A stretch of 64,000 bases of DNA from Hemiscyllium ocellatum (lineage: Eukaryota): positions 52,567,375 to 52,631,374 of the forward strand of contig NC_083430.1 of NCBI RefSeq assembly GCF_020745735.1, in the 5' to 3' direction. The position numbers and the translations under genes are program-made. This document shows positions 1 to 12,739 of this stretch, in pieces (the first letter of the stretch is position 1; every line of letters starts with the position of its first letter). The notes under the pieces are model-generated. The model was not told the DNA's origin. It did no database searches and saw only the letters and a program-made list of their open reading frames with translations.

Positions 1-507
1 AGCGTCCCAGCATCTCAAAGAAAAGCTTCATTTTATGAATCTCTTGGAAGAGGTAGAGGCTGGTGCAATTAGTGGAAGCATTCTGTCATGATTAATTCCA
101 TCCAGGGACATTGGTCTGAAGCTTGTTTTTTTGGTGACTAAGGTTTTGAGGATTAGAGTAAGGGTTAGGCTGGCTTTTGTTTTTTGGAGGGTTTTTTAGT
201 TACAGGCCTAATGAGATTTCTCACCATGTCTCACCATATTCACCTGACCGACTACCTACATACATCACACCTTGCATCCGATTCTAGCACTGTCTTACCA
301 CAGCCTATTCCTGGAACAGCTCACCTGGATATTCATGGAGAGACCAGCATTTATGGCACTTGCACTATCTTTGGAAGGCTGCTGTGCATCTGGGAAATGT
401 TAACATTCTGGCGTTATCCCTCACCAGGAATATCACCACACAGCAGCCAGAAAGCCACATTGCCCGCGGCACAGGCTGACATTCCTTCACACATACAGCC
501 TCATTCT

Positions 508-600
508 CACACCCTAGCCAGGCCACACAGTTAACCTGTCTCACACCCTAGCCAGGCCACACAGTTAACCTGTCTAACACCCTAGCCAGGCCACACAGTG
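508..600. repeat. Short tandem repeat, ~34-bp unit x ~2.7
   Basis: cacaccctagccaggccacacag(ttaacctgtct) occurs three times in tandem. Confidence 0.85.
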
Positions 601-734
601 TATCTGTCTTAGCTACAGCCTGTATCAACACCCTTTCAAGTCACCGCTACTCTGTCCCCACTACCCACTGGAGACCTGCAGCTTGTCACTATCCAGTCGG
701 GGAACATCACAGACAGGTAAATAATTAGACAATT

Positions 735-2010
735 CCAAACACATGCTTTCATTTACAGTTGGTGCATCTATAAAAATTGGTGATAGAGTCCTTTTGAACA
801 TTGGTGAGAATCCTTTAGAACATGCTGAATTGCCTTATCCTCCTGAGGAAGTAGAAACATTGTTGTGCTTTCACGACCATTGCATTGACATGGATGAACC
901 AGGACAGTTTATTGGCAATCACACACCCAGTGATTTGATGCTGTTGACCACCTCCATCTCAGTATCATTGATACAGACAGGGGCACACCCTCCTGAAGTC
1001 AATGACCAGCTCCTTCATTTTACTAATGTTGAGGGACAGATTGTTATCGTTACACCATCCACTGAGCACTCAATCTCTTTCCAGTAGTCTGTCTCATCAA
1101 CGATTGAGATCTGACCTACTACGGTGGGGTTGTCAGTAAACTTGTAAACGGAGCTGAGGAAGGATTTGGCCACAAAGTTAAGAGTGAATTAGAGTGTAGT
1201 AGGGGACTGAATACACAGCCTTGTGGGATGTTGGTGTTGAGGACTATGGTGGAGGAGGGGTTGTCACCTGTCCTTACTAATTGTAGTTTATGAGTCAGGG
1301 AACTGAGGATCCAGTTATAGATGTGGAAGCCTAGACTTAGGTCTCAGAGTTTGGAGAAGAGTTTATTTGAAATTACTGTGTTAAAGGTGGAGTTTTAATT
1401 AATAAAGTAGGAGCCTGACGTAGGTATCCTTGTTGTCCAGATGTTAAAGGGGTGAGTGTAGGGCCAGGGAGATGGTGTCTGCCATGGACCTGTTGCAGTG
1501 GTCAGTGAATTGTAAAGAATCAAGGCAGTCTGGGAGTCTGGAGTTGATGTGAGCCATGACTAACTGCTTGAAGCATGTTGTAATGCTGGAGGTCAGAGCC
1601 GCTGGCGGTACTCATTGAGGCATGCTGGGAAGGTGATCTTCCTCAAGCAGGTGTGGACTTCGAAATGGAGTAAGGAGAGGTAAAAGAAACCAGCGAATAC
1701 TCCCAACAACTGATCCGTACAGGATCTGAGTGCACAGCCGGGGATTCCATCTGTCCAGTCACTTCACCTGGGTTCACCCTCAAGAGACCGAGCTGACATC
1801 TGCGGTGGTGACCATGGGTACAGATTCATCTGAGACTGGTGGGACAAGTGACATCGTTTCACTGACCTTCTGTTCAAAGTGAGAGTAGAAAGCATTGAGC
1901 TCCTTGGGTAGGAGTGTCCTGTTGCCTGTGATTCTGTTCAACTTTGCTTTGTGGATTGTTATATCATATAGGCCTTGCCACAAATGGCGGGTATCCGTGT
2001 GATTGGTCCA
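735..2010 (-). mobile_element. Degenerate Rex1/Babar-type LINE fragment (RT region)
   Basis: Minus-strand peptide WQGLYDIT...LNAFYSHFEQKVSET...TADV aligns by eye with the Rex1-like ORF at 56952-59351; many stops and frameshifts. Confidence 0.8.
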
Positions 2011-2752
2011 GCAGACACGGTCACTGCAAACTATCCCTCAAACTGACACCACCTGGCCCCTTTCTGGGTGTGATCCTGATTGTTTTTCAGTTGTATTTCT
2101 CATCCAGAAAACAGGAGGTGAGAGCAGGGAGAGGGCTCACGGTGAACACCATCAGCACTGGGTGCCATGCATCACCAGCCAACCACATACCCGCTCTCCT
2201 CCTTCCCCCTCTCCCTCAGAGCCTGACGTTGCTCTGACCCGGCAGTTCATCCCCACCCCACCCACACGCCCACATAGAGAGCCAGCTACCTCCAACTGCC
2301 CCTTCCATGTCCCCGAAATCCAACATCACACCTGAATGATATCCATCTTGCTCTTCTACACTACCCCTCACTCCCCTATTGGACATCCGGGTGGCAATGA
2401 GTGCTCGTTACCCACCTCCCGGTGCCTGCCATACCCTCTGATGCCGCTCTGCATTTCCTCCCCAATCTCCTTGAGACTGTCCGATCACTATCCTCATTCC
2501 CAGATCCAGATATGTCTCTGGCACCCTCCCCTTCCACCTTGAATGTCTCACCCTTTGGTAGTGATTCCCTAGAATCCCCCATAGCTGCACCATACACCGT
2601 CCTCCCTCATTAGCACACACCACAACCACCCTGCACCCCCCACCCCCCACCCCAGGGACAGTAGTTATCCCAAACCCTTCCTGATGCTATCCAGCAAACC
2701 ATAGAGCTGATAGAGCAGAGCCCTGCTCACTGTGTCTGCTGCTCCCCGGCTG

Positions 2753-3873
2753 ACAACACCACTGCTGACCATCCATCACTGACCACTGCCCTCCCCCTGC
2801 CTGCTGCCACTGACCATCCAGCACTGACCACTACCCTCACCCTGCCTGCTGCTGGCCATCCAACAGTGACCACTGCCCTCTCCCTGCCTGTGGCCACTGA
2901 CCATCCAGCACTGACCACTGCCCTCTCCATGCCTGCTGCCACTGACCATCCAGCACTGACCACTGCCCTCTCCCTGCCTGCTGCTGACCATCCAGCACTG
3001 ACCACTGCCCTCACCCTGCCTGCTGCTGACCATCCAGCACTGATCACTGCCCTCTCCCTGCCTGTGGCCACTGACCATCCAGCACTGACCACTGCCCTCT
3101 CCCTGCCTGTTGCTGACCATCCAGCACTGACCACTGCCCTCTCCCTGCCTGTTGCTGACCGTCCAGCACTGACCACTGCCCTCTCCCTGCCTGTGGCCAC
3201 TGACCATCCAGCACTGACCACTGCCCTCACCCTGCCTACTGCTGACCATCCAGCACTGACCACTGCCCTCTCCCTGCCTGTTGCTGACCGTCCAGCACTG
3301 ACCACTGCCCTCTCCCTGCCTGTGGCCACTGACCATCCAGCACTGACCACTGCCCTCACCCTGCCTACTGCTGACCATCCAGCACTGACCACTGCCCTCT
3401 CCCTGCCTGCTGCTGACCATCCAACACTGACCACTGTCTCTCGCTGCCTGTGGCCACTGACAATCCAGCACTGACCACTGCCCTCTCCCTGCCTGTGGCC
3501 ACTGACCATCCAGCACTGACCACTGCCCTCTCCCTGCCTGTGGCCACTGACCATCCAGCACCGATCACTGCCCTCTCCCTGCCTGCTGCTGACCATCCAA
3601 CACTGACCACTGCCTCTCACTGCCTGTGGCCACTGACAATCCAGCACTGACCACTGCCCTCTCCCTGCCCGTGGCCACTGACAATCCAGCACTGACCACT
3701 GCCCTCTCCCTGCCTGTGGCCACTGACCATCCAGCACTGATCACTGCCCTCTCCCTGCCTGCTGCTGACCATCTAGCACTGACCACTGCCCTCTCCCTGC
3801 CTGCTGCCACTGACCATCCAGCACTGACCACTGCCCTCTCCCTGCCTGCCACTGACCATCCAACACTGACTGC
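2753..3873. repeat. Minisatellite of interspersed 42- and 48-bp units
   Basis: Unit gcactgaccactgccctctccctgcctg[ctgc|tggccac]tgaccatcca repeated more than 20 times; explains all repetitive ORFs at 2727-4084. Confidence 0.97.
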
Positions 3874-4636
3874 TACCCATCACCCAGGTTGTAGTCAGAA
3901 ATATCCCCTGACCGTGAGCACCCCAACTGGACACTCTCACCAGGCACCAGGACTGTATGCAGACCGACTGTATGCAGGTGGTTCCTGCTCTCTGGGCCTC
4001 CTCTTGTCTGGAGTGAGGATCAGGCCCCACCCAAACTCGGATGTGGCCATTTTATTAAATAAATGTGCAATGTGTTTCCCATGATGGCAGCTGGTACATA
4101 CTGTCAGTGTTAGATTGGCAACTCATGTGCCCGCCAACACAGCATTCCCCAGCTGGGCAGATCATGAATGACAAGTGGATCTGAGAAATGCCATGGGTTG
4201 GACAATGTCAAATGCCAATGCCCATTGGCAAGGGGTGTGCGTGGCTGGTGGGCAAGGAGGTCTACAATCCTGGTTGGTGCTCAACAACGTGAAGCCTCCT
4301 CCCAGCAAACGGTAACTGAAGGTTCCTGCTCTGACCTTCCATCTCGAGAGTTCACTCGTTTGCTTAACGCACTCAGTGAAATTGGAAGTTGAATATAAAT
4401 GAGGTGAATTAGACCATTAATAAAGCATTTAACAAGCAAGTGAGAAACATCACCTTATCATGAGGCAGACACAGACAAGATGCAGGGGGTTGCTCTTGAT
4501 GATGGCTTTGCCGAACTTCCCAGGTTATTCTGCCAGAAATCTCACTCTGTTCAGCCCCCTGTAAGATTCTTTCATCAGTTTTGACGATGGGGCGAGTTTT
4601 TCGTGCTTTTTTTAAAGAAAAATACAAAAGATCAAA

Positions 4637-4968
4637 GGGTCTGCATGGTGGCACAGTGGTTAGCACGGCTGCCTCAAAGCGCCAGGGACCTGGGTTCGAT
4701 CCCAGCCTCGGGCGACTGTCTGTGTGGAGTCTGCACGTTCTCCCCATGTCTGTGTGGGTTTTCTTTGTGTGCTTCAGTTTCCTCCTAAAATCCCAAAATG
4801 TGCAGGTTAGGAGAACTGGCCATGCTAAATCGCCCACAATGTTTAAGGATGTGCAGGTTAGGTTTATTAGTCAGGGGTAATTGTACAGTAAGAGGGGAGT
4901 GGGTCTGGGTGGGTTACTCTTCGGAGGGTCAGTATGGACTTGTTGGGCCAACTAGCCTGTTTCCATAC
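4637..4968 (+). mobile_element. HE1-type tRNA-derived V-SINE, full length
   Basis: A box tggcacagtgg, B box ggttcgatcc, V-domain-like ctgtgtggagtctgcacgttctcccc, CR1-like tail gggcc..gcctgtttcca. Confidence 0.88.
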
Positions 4969-5182
4969 TTAGATTAGATTACTTACAGTGTGGAAACAGG
5001 CCCTTTGGCCCAACCAGTCCACACCGACCCTCCGAAGAGCAACCCACCCAGACCCATTCCCCTACATTTACCCCTTCACCTAACACTACGGTCAATTTAG
5101 CATGGCCAATTCACCTAACCTGCACATTTCTGGACTGTGGGAGGAAATGGAGCACCCGGAGGAAACCCACACAGACACGGGG
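4969..5182 (-). mobile_element. HE1-type SINE, 5'-truncated, tail-to-tail with the previous copy
   Basis: Reverse complement of the SINE 3' half with (tagat)n tail. Confidence 0.85.
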
Positions 5183-5785
5183 ATTCAATAATTTGATTGA
5201 GTGGAACATAACTGGAGCGGGAAATTCAATCATTTGCAAGCTGCTTCTTTGGGAATGAGCAGAACACAAGTTTGCTTCAGCTTAACATGAAGACGTTGCT
5301 CATCTTTTTCCAGTGATAAATGCTCAAAGATGTTTTGATTTTCATTAAGACACAAAAACATTGAGCTAAAGGAGGGACTAGCAAGTTTCTTAAGTCCAGG
5401 TGGATTCAGCTGCAATGGAGTTGGATGAGCTCTGTTGAAACTGACACAAAAAGATATCCAAATGCACATGTCCATCATTACATCAGCTAACAAGGCCAAC
5501 ACTGGCTACCTATCCCTAACTTGGAAGGTGATAGCTGCCTTCGTGGCCCATTGCAGCTCCTGCTCAACAGGTACACCCGATGCTGGTTGGAAGGATAATG
5601 AAGAAATGGTAACACATTGCCAAGTCAGGATGATGGGTGGCTTGGAGGGGAATGTGCAAGTGGCATTGTCTGCCTGTGTTCACAATACACAATCTAGAAT
5701 TGATCTTCAAATAATTTGACAATATAAAATTTAATTCAAACCCAGTTTCCTCTCATACCTTGAGAATTTTGATCAAATTAACATT

Positions 5786-7880
5786 CTAGAACATAGACAT
5801 GTAGAACATAGAAAAGTACAGCACAGAACAGGTCCTTTGGCCCACAGTGTTGTGTCAAGGATTATTCCTAATCTAAAATAAAATAACCTAACCTCCACAC
5901 CCCTCAATTCACTGCTGTCCATGTGCTTCTCCAGCAAGCCTAATGTCATTACATGTCCCTAATGACTCTGCTTCCACCACCACAGCTGGCAACACACTCC
6001 ATGCATTCACAACTCTCAGCGTAAAAACCTCCCTCTGATGTCTCCTCTTACCTTCCTCCTAATATCTTAAAACTATGACCCCTCGTACCAGTCAATCCTG
6101 ACTTGGAGAACAGTCTCTGGCTATTGACTCTATCCATGCCTCTCATTACCTTGTATACCTCGATCAGGTCACCTCTCTTCCTCCTTCTCTCCAGAGAGAA
6201 AAGTCCAAGATTAGTCAACCTTTCTTCATAAGGCAAGCCCTCCAGTCCAGGCAGCATCCTGGTAAACCTTCTTTACACCCCCTCCAAAGCCTCTGTATCT
6301 TTCCTATAGTAGGGTGACCAGAACTGGACACAATATTCCAAGTGTGGCCTCACCTGGGTCTTGTAGAGCTGCAGCAAAACCACGTGGTGCTTAAACTCGA
6401 TCCCCCTGTTAATGAAAGCCAAAAAACCATATGCTTTCTTAACAACTATCCACTTGGGAGACAACTTTAAGGAATCTATGCACTTGAACACCAAGATCCC
6501 TCTGTTCCTCCACACCACCAAGAATCCTGTCTTTAATCCTATATTCAGCATTCAAGTTCAACCTTCCAAAATGCTTCACTTCGCGTTTATCCAGGTTGAA
6601 CTCCATCTGCCATTTCTCAGCCCAGCTCTGCATCCTGTCAATGTCATGCTGCAGCCTGCAGTAGCCCTTGATACTATCAACGGCACCTCCAACCTTTGTG
6701 TCATCTGCAAATTTAATAACCCACCCCTCAACCTCCTCATCCAAGTCATTTATAAAAACTACAAAGAGCAGAGACCCAAGAACTGAGCCCTGCGGGACCC
6801 CACTCAACACTGTCCTCCAGGCAGAATACTTTCCATCTACAACCACTCTCTGCCTTCTGTCAGCCAGCCAATTCTGAATCCAGATAGCCAAATCTCCCTG
6901 TATCCCATACTTCCTGACTTTATGAATGAGCCTACCATGGGGTACCCTATCAAATGCCTTGCTGATGTTCATATACACCACATCCACTGCTCGACCTTCG
7001 TTGACCTGTCTCGTCAACTCCTCAAAGAACTCAACAAAATTTGTGAGACATGCCCTTCCCCTCACAAAGCCATGCTGACTGCCTTTAATCACACTATGCT
7101 TTGCCAAATAGTCATAAATCCAATCCTTCAGAATTCTTTCCAAAACTTTGCTGACCACAGACGTAAGACTGACTGGTCTGTAATTGGCAGGGATTTCCCT
7201 ATTACCCTTCTTGAAAAGAGGAACAACATTTGCCTCCTTCCAATCCTCTAGTACGACTCCCATGGAGAGTGAGGAGGCAAATATCCTTGCCAGCAGCTTA
7301 GCAACCACCTTTCTCCCTTCCCGGAGCAACCTAGGATAAATCTGGTCCAGCCCTGGTGACTTATCAATCTTAATGTTTTCCAAAGTTTCCAGCACATCAA
7401 CTGCCTCAATCTTGATCTATTTAAGTCTGTATCCCAGCTCCTCAAAGTTCTCATTCACAACAAGGTCCCTTTCCTTAGTGAAAACCAAAGCAAAATATTC
7501 ATTTAGGGCTTCCCTTATCTGCTCAGACTCCACGCGCAATTTCCCAATGCTATCCCTGACTGGCCCTACCTTCATTCTCTTATTCCTCATGTATGAGTAA
7601 AATGTCTTTGGGTTCTCCCTAATCCTTCCTGCCAAGCCCTTTTCATGCCCCATCCTGGCTCTCCTCAGTCCATTTCTGAGCTCCTTTCTAGTAAGCCTGT
7701 AATCCTCTAAAGCTGTACTAGACCCTTCCTCCACCTTACATAAGCTGCCTTCTTCCTTTTGATGAGAAGCTCCTCTGTTTCCGTCATTCCAAGGCTCCTT
7801 AATCTTACCCCTTCTTGCCTGTCTCAGGAACAAATTTGTGCATCACTCACAACAACTGCTCCTTAAACAATCTGCACAGA
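5786..7880 (-). mobile_element. CR1 LINE, 5'-truncated, ORF2 disrupted
   Basis: ORFs with KSPGLD, NYRPVSLTS, SQHGF, GVPQGSVLG, FADD, RPHLEYC; (agaacat)n 3' tail at ~5786-5812; frameshifts. Confidence 0.95.
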
Positions 7881-8750
7881 AATAATTTCACAGAAATAAT
7901 TTGCATTATCCTTCCTTGGAAATTAACCTTTGGAGTCCAGAAATCATTCCAATGAACGCATCTTCTCGAAAGTCAAAGTATTTCTTCCTGCATTGTTATG
8001 CTCGGAACTGAACCCAGTGTTCCCAAGGTAGATGAGCTAGTATTCGGTACACCTGCAGCTTTAACATTAACATGAAGAGCAGGAGGAGACCACTCCGATG
8101 CTCCAGTCTGCTCCGCCATTTAACAAACCCATGACTGTTCTGCTAACTCCACACTTCCATCTACTCCCTGATAACCGACCAACCCTTCACTTATCAAGAA
8201 CCTGCCAAGCTCTGCTTTAATAGCATCTGTAAGTAGCACTCTGCTTCCATCATCTTCTAAGGAGGAGAATTTCAAAGACTGACAAGCCCGTTTTTGACCT
8301 CTAACTTCTTACTCTCTCATCTATGAAACATAAATGCCAGCATTCCATAACCTATTTCCATCCTATTTTTACAATCATTTGTGTACTTGGAATGGTCAGT
8401 TCAGCACAGGATGGCTATGGTAAGGGGAAATCTAATTCTTAGTCTGTATTAATCAGCTCCTCATTGAATAAACTTGCTGAGCGTTTGTTGTTGGATGTTA
8501 CTAGTAGCACTTTGATTTAAAATGCTGATTCGTACATACATGAATGTGAAGTTACTGCTCCTCCCACAGAAACTGGTCTATGAGAGCAGAGGGTAGGTAC
8601 TAACTGATAAATGTAAATGTTTATGTAATTCAACCTGTAACCTCAGTTAACTTGAAAGCTTCAGCCACCTACACAAACCCCTTCACATTGCATTTTCCAT
8701 GTGCCTGGATATTAGTCCATTTCAGGAACAATCATTCTATTCTATTTCAG

Positions 8751-8923
8751 CTCTTCCAGAAGACGTGATAAAAGTTGGAAAAGATATCAAGCCAACCATT
8801 GAAATCAAACAAACTGGAGACAACTTTGTCATTACGACAAAAAATCCACGTCATTCAGTAACAAATCAATTTACTCTTGGTAAAGAGGCTGAGATTACCT
8901 CCATGGATGGGAAAAAGCTAAAG
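8751..8923 (+). CDS. fabp10: Liver-basic fatty acid-binding protein, exon 2
   Basis: tttcag|...aag|gtattt; 173 nt, the typical FABP exon-2 size; encodes LPEDVIKVGKDIKPTIEIKQTGDNFVITTKNPRHSVTNQFTLGKEAEITSMDGKKLK, closely matching fish and chicken Lb-FABP as recalled. Confidence 0.93.
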
Positions 8924-9310
8924 GTATTTTCAGTTTCTATTTGTTCACTCTCCCCTGTGCGGCTGCTTATTATCAGACACTAGACAGTACCTTATGAGCC
9001 CACAAAGTATTTCAAATTTTGCCCCAGGATAGAAAATGCATTTCAGAATTTTTTTCTATAACCCATACACTGGGAAATATATCAAATTTGTCAACATGCA
9101 CAGCTTTAAGTTACAGAGCTTCTTTTTCTCAGTGAGTGCAGGTACTTGGTTCTCCTGTCCCTCAGTGTACCTGTAAGTGAACCCAATAATGAGTCTACAG
9201 CTCCCTAATCTCATTGTAAATGACATTTTTAACTCCTCATTTTCTTTTTGATTTAAAGTCAAAGTATCGAACTTTTTTACATAAATTCACAATAATTTTA
9301 TTTCTCACAG

Positions 9311-9400
9311 TGTACTGTCATCATGGAAGATGGGAAGCTCGTATGCAGGTTGAAAAACTTTGTTCATGTGCAGGAGGTGCATGGCTCTGAAATGATTGAA
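9311..9400 (+). CDS. fabp10: Liver-basic FABP, exon 3
   Basis: ctcacag|TGT...GAA|gtaagt; 90 nt, phase 0; [30 protein letters not shown]; too short for the ORF track. Confidence 0.93.
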
Positions 9401-10275
9401 GTAAGTACTTGATTATATTATTTCTTTTGTAGCTTTTGATCCATACAAGTGACCAGCTACACCCCGGTATGCATAATAGCCAAAAGTTAAAAGGAAATAG
9501 TTATATAAAATGTACACATAAATGATTTAGAGTAAATTATAATTGAAATAAAGATATTTTACCAACATCATCAAGCAGCTTCAGGAAAACTCTGGAAAAT
9601 ATTTGGCATTGCCTATTAATTTTTGCTTGTCTTATACCGATGTGAATATTGTGTGGCTTCACTAACTAGAAACATTGGTCTGGAAGTGTCAGCCCTGTAA
9701 TCCACTGCATCCATGAACCTCTTAAACTAATGTGAATGCATACAACACAAGTTCCCTGTGTTTCTTTCTCAGCGAAGGTGAGGTCTAACATTGGAAACAT
9801 GGCCCTGATGGTCTTTCTAAAAATTAAACTCTTTTCTAAAATTTACTCTGAACCAATTGACTGGATTCCAGCAAATGGTCCCAGAATTTTTTTTTGCAAA
9901 AACAAAAATTTCTTAAACTTATCTTAAAACTCTCCTGAGAAATTGTATTTGGTAAAACTCAATTCATGATGGATTCTGGATCATACCAAACATTAAATGC
10001 ATGTTAAACTCATAATCAGCTGAGCTAAAACTAAAATTTTCAGAACTTAGGCTGATGTACTTCACTCCTTCACCAACATATCCGGGAAAACCTCAGCAAG
10101 TCACTGCAGCCCAGATTGAAAAAAACACCCAAATAGTGAACTGCTTGAGGCAGCTTGTGATAAAGGGTTGCTGATCATGCAAAAGAAAATGATTACAGAA
10201 GCTGGATGTAAAGCACATTGGCCCTGAAATTCCTGGGTAGATCCAGTGTGAGATTTGGAATGAAGCAGGCCACCT

Positions 10276-10398
10276 AGGGCTTTTGCCTGAAACGTCGATT
10301 TGCCTGCTCCTCGGATGCTGCCTGACCTGCTGTGCTTTTCCAGCACCAATCTAATTTAGACTCTGATTTCCAGCATCTGCAGTCCTCACCTTTGCCCT
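10276..10398 (+). mobile_element. Short Penelope-derived insert in fabp10 intron 3
   Basis: gggcttttgcctgaaacgtc (hammerhead 3' half) plus shared ctgcctgacctgctgtgcttttccagc body; TSD gcaggcca(c/t)ct at 10265-10275 and 10399-10409. Confidence 0.75.
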
Positions 10399-10875
10399 GC
10401 AGGCCATCTGATACCCTGTATCAAAATCCAGGATCAGTCCCGAATCCCAGGGCGAGGAGCAGTGAATGCACCCATCTGTAATGTACCTAGGATCCCCACC
10501 TAATTACATTGAGATTGTGTGGTGGGTGGGTGTGACGTTTGATGCTATGGGAGAGCGGCGTATAAATTATTCAAAGACTAATTTGTTTTGTTCATAGTAG
10601 AATTCTTCAATAGCTGAAATCAGTGTGATAATCTTTAAAGGCATTCTCTCTACCCCAGGGATCGAGCAAGTCTTGATGCCTGAGGCTCATATGTCATTCA
10701 GTGTTAGAAAGGGTTTAAAATAAATGCATCAAATGATTGATGTTTCTCATTTATATTATGTTGTGATAAATTAATCTTCATTGTCACCAAGTGGTTCCGT
10801 TCTATTTTAAGGTATGATAACACTGTGTTGCCACGTTGTCACTCAGTATACTCATCTCTTTCTGTCTTTTAACAG

Positions 10876-10926
10876 AAACTCACTGCAGGCACCACCACTA
10901 TGATTCGGAAAAGCCGACGATCTTAA
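10876..10926 (+). CDS. fabp10: Liver-basic FABP, exon 4 (terminal coding part)
   Basis: Pyrimidine tract then aacag|AAA CTC ACT GCA GGC ACC ACC ACT ATG ATT CGG AAA AGC CGA CGA TCT TAA = KLTAGTTTMIRKSRRS*, compare TLTVGGTTMIRKSKKI. Confidence 0.92.
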   Translation, partial: KLTAGTTTMIRKSRRS

Positions 10927-10958
10927 CCAGAATGGAATAATATTCTGCAATCTATCAC

Positions 10959-10964
10959 AATAAA
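10959..10964 (+). terminator. Polyadenylation signal of fabp10
   Basis: AATAAA ~32 nt after the stop codon, consistent with short FABP 3' UTRs. Confidence 0.7.
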
Positions 10965-11289
10965 TGAAATACAACCTGTTGTACTTTGCATGTGCCTGTA
11001 TGAATAGAATATCTGCCATTCTGCCTGAGTCAGGAGACTGGGTAATCTTGACAAAGTAGCTCAGTTCTTGCCTGTTAGTCAGAGGCTGTGGGTTCAAGTC
11101 TTGCCAACGCAAGAAGGTCGTAAAATGTCCAGCGAGAACCCTCTCGACATTGAGATCAAAACGCTCTGTTTTTTAACCAAGTGTTGGGATGGTGAGACCA
11201 GATTCTCACCAGTGACAGTGAGATGTCTGTTAGCAGGGATCATTGCTTGCTATCATTCTCACTGCGATGACCTCATATCACCTCATTGA

Positions 11290-11550
11290 TAGGCAGCTTC
11301 TCGTCCTTCCATTCTGTGCTTTCCTCTGTCTAGACCTCTTCGTGTTCGACAGGTTTCATCCTCATTCTTCCAAATTCCAGTGAATATAATCTTAAATGAT
11401 CCAACCTCTCTCCATATGTCAGTTTTGCCATGCCAAGGATTAGTCTAAGAAACTTTTGCACTCTCTCCGTAGTCAGAACATCCTTCGTTGCTTGAGGAGA
11501 CCAAATATGTACACAATACACTTGTGTGGTCTCACCAAGGCCCTGGACAG
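11290..11550 (-). mobile_element. CR1 ORF2 3' fragment
   Basis: YCVHIWSP..KDVL..ERVQ..LYSLEF on the minus strand. Confidence 0.75.
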
Positions 11551-11714
11551 AAACCAGATGCCAAGAATTCCCAACATGAAAGTCTGATTGGGGAGCTTAG
11601 GACTCTCTGGTTGCCCCCCTAAACCTCCATCTCAGACACTCAGCACCAACATCTCAGTGCAAGTTCAATGGGCAGGGCCCACACCCACCATTCATTCACA
11701 GACCATGGCAGCTT

Positions 11715-12100
11715 TTTAAAACTCACTCTTGAGGCATGTGTATTGCTGGCATTTATTGTCTGTCCCTAGTTGCCCCTTGAGAAGGTGGGCTGGGCTGTCT
11801 TCTTGAACCGCTATAGTCCATGCACTCTGGGTAGGGCCACAATGCCCTTAGGGTGGGAATTCCAGGATTTTGACCCAGCAACAATGAAAGAATAACAGTA
11901 TATTTCCAAGTCAGGATGGTGAGTGGCTTAGAGGGAAACTTGTAGGTGGTAGTGTTCCCATGGATCTGCTGCCCTTATTGTTCTGGATGGAAGAGGTCCT
12001 GGGTTTGGAAGGTGCTGTCTGAGGATCTTTGGTGAATTTCTGCAGTGTATCTTGTAGATGGTACACACTGCTGCGACTGAGTGTTGGTGTTGGAGGGAGT
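11715..12100 (-). mobile_element. 3' fragment of a second LINE family (CR1/L2 group)
   Basis: catttattg..ccctagttgccc..aagtcaggatggt..; homologous to 15665-16365 and 34425-34755. Confidence 0.7.
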
Positions 12101-12739
12101 GGATTTTGTGGAACATTGGATATATATAACCTCACTGTCCCCATGATACATCTGCACTCGAACTACAGCGCACTTCTACATTTAAAGTACAATGATACTC
12201 ACTGATATCTTTCATTGTAATGATACTGCAAGGACACTTTGTGCAGGGATATGCACCGAGCTCGTGGACTGAACCATTCCATGGCTTCCCTTAGAACTCA
12301 CTCACCTTGTAACCACTTCAATGCTGACAGTGTCTCTGCATTGCCCTTTTTGCATTTTACCTGTTCAGCCGGAGTTAATGGGTTCACAGTCCATCTGTCT
12401 TGCCTTCCCTTTTAGCACAGATGTGAAGCCAGGCAACTTGTCCTGGCTGTTAGCTGTGATTGGTCCAGGAGGTGAACATGTTGCAATATGGCTCCATGCT
12501 ACATTAATCTCACACTAACACTGAGCATCAGCCACATAATCACCAAGGTCATGTCACAAAATCATGGAGAGTCGTCCTCAGTAAAGAAATATTTTCCAAA
12601 TTAGCTGAAGTGATTTGGGGACACTCTTATTACAATCAGTCAGCCAGACTCAACAATAAGCTGCAGAAACCCGAAGCTAATGTCATTTGCTTTATTGAAA
12701 TTTGTTTTAGATTGAATATTCCTTCATGATTATACTTAT

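Noticed and set aside
2753-3873. CRISPR-like regular repeats
   Set aside because: No unique spacers, no cas genes, vertebrate context.
2727-4084. Long repetitive ORFs (TDHPALTTALSLP; SAGWSVATGRERAVV; QGEGSGQCWMVS)
   Set aside because: By-product of 42/48-bp units, which are multiples of 3. Several frames on both strands are open, and frameshifting units occur.
8699-8983. 94-aa ORF as a complete gene
   Set aside because: Only 8751-8923 is FABP-like; the flanks are intronic read-through past canonical splice sites.
11050-11110. tRNA-like sequence (tagctcag..gggttcaagtc)
   Set aside because: No complete cloverleaf; more likely a decayed SINE head. The same applies to the HE1 heads.
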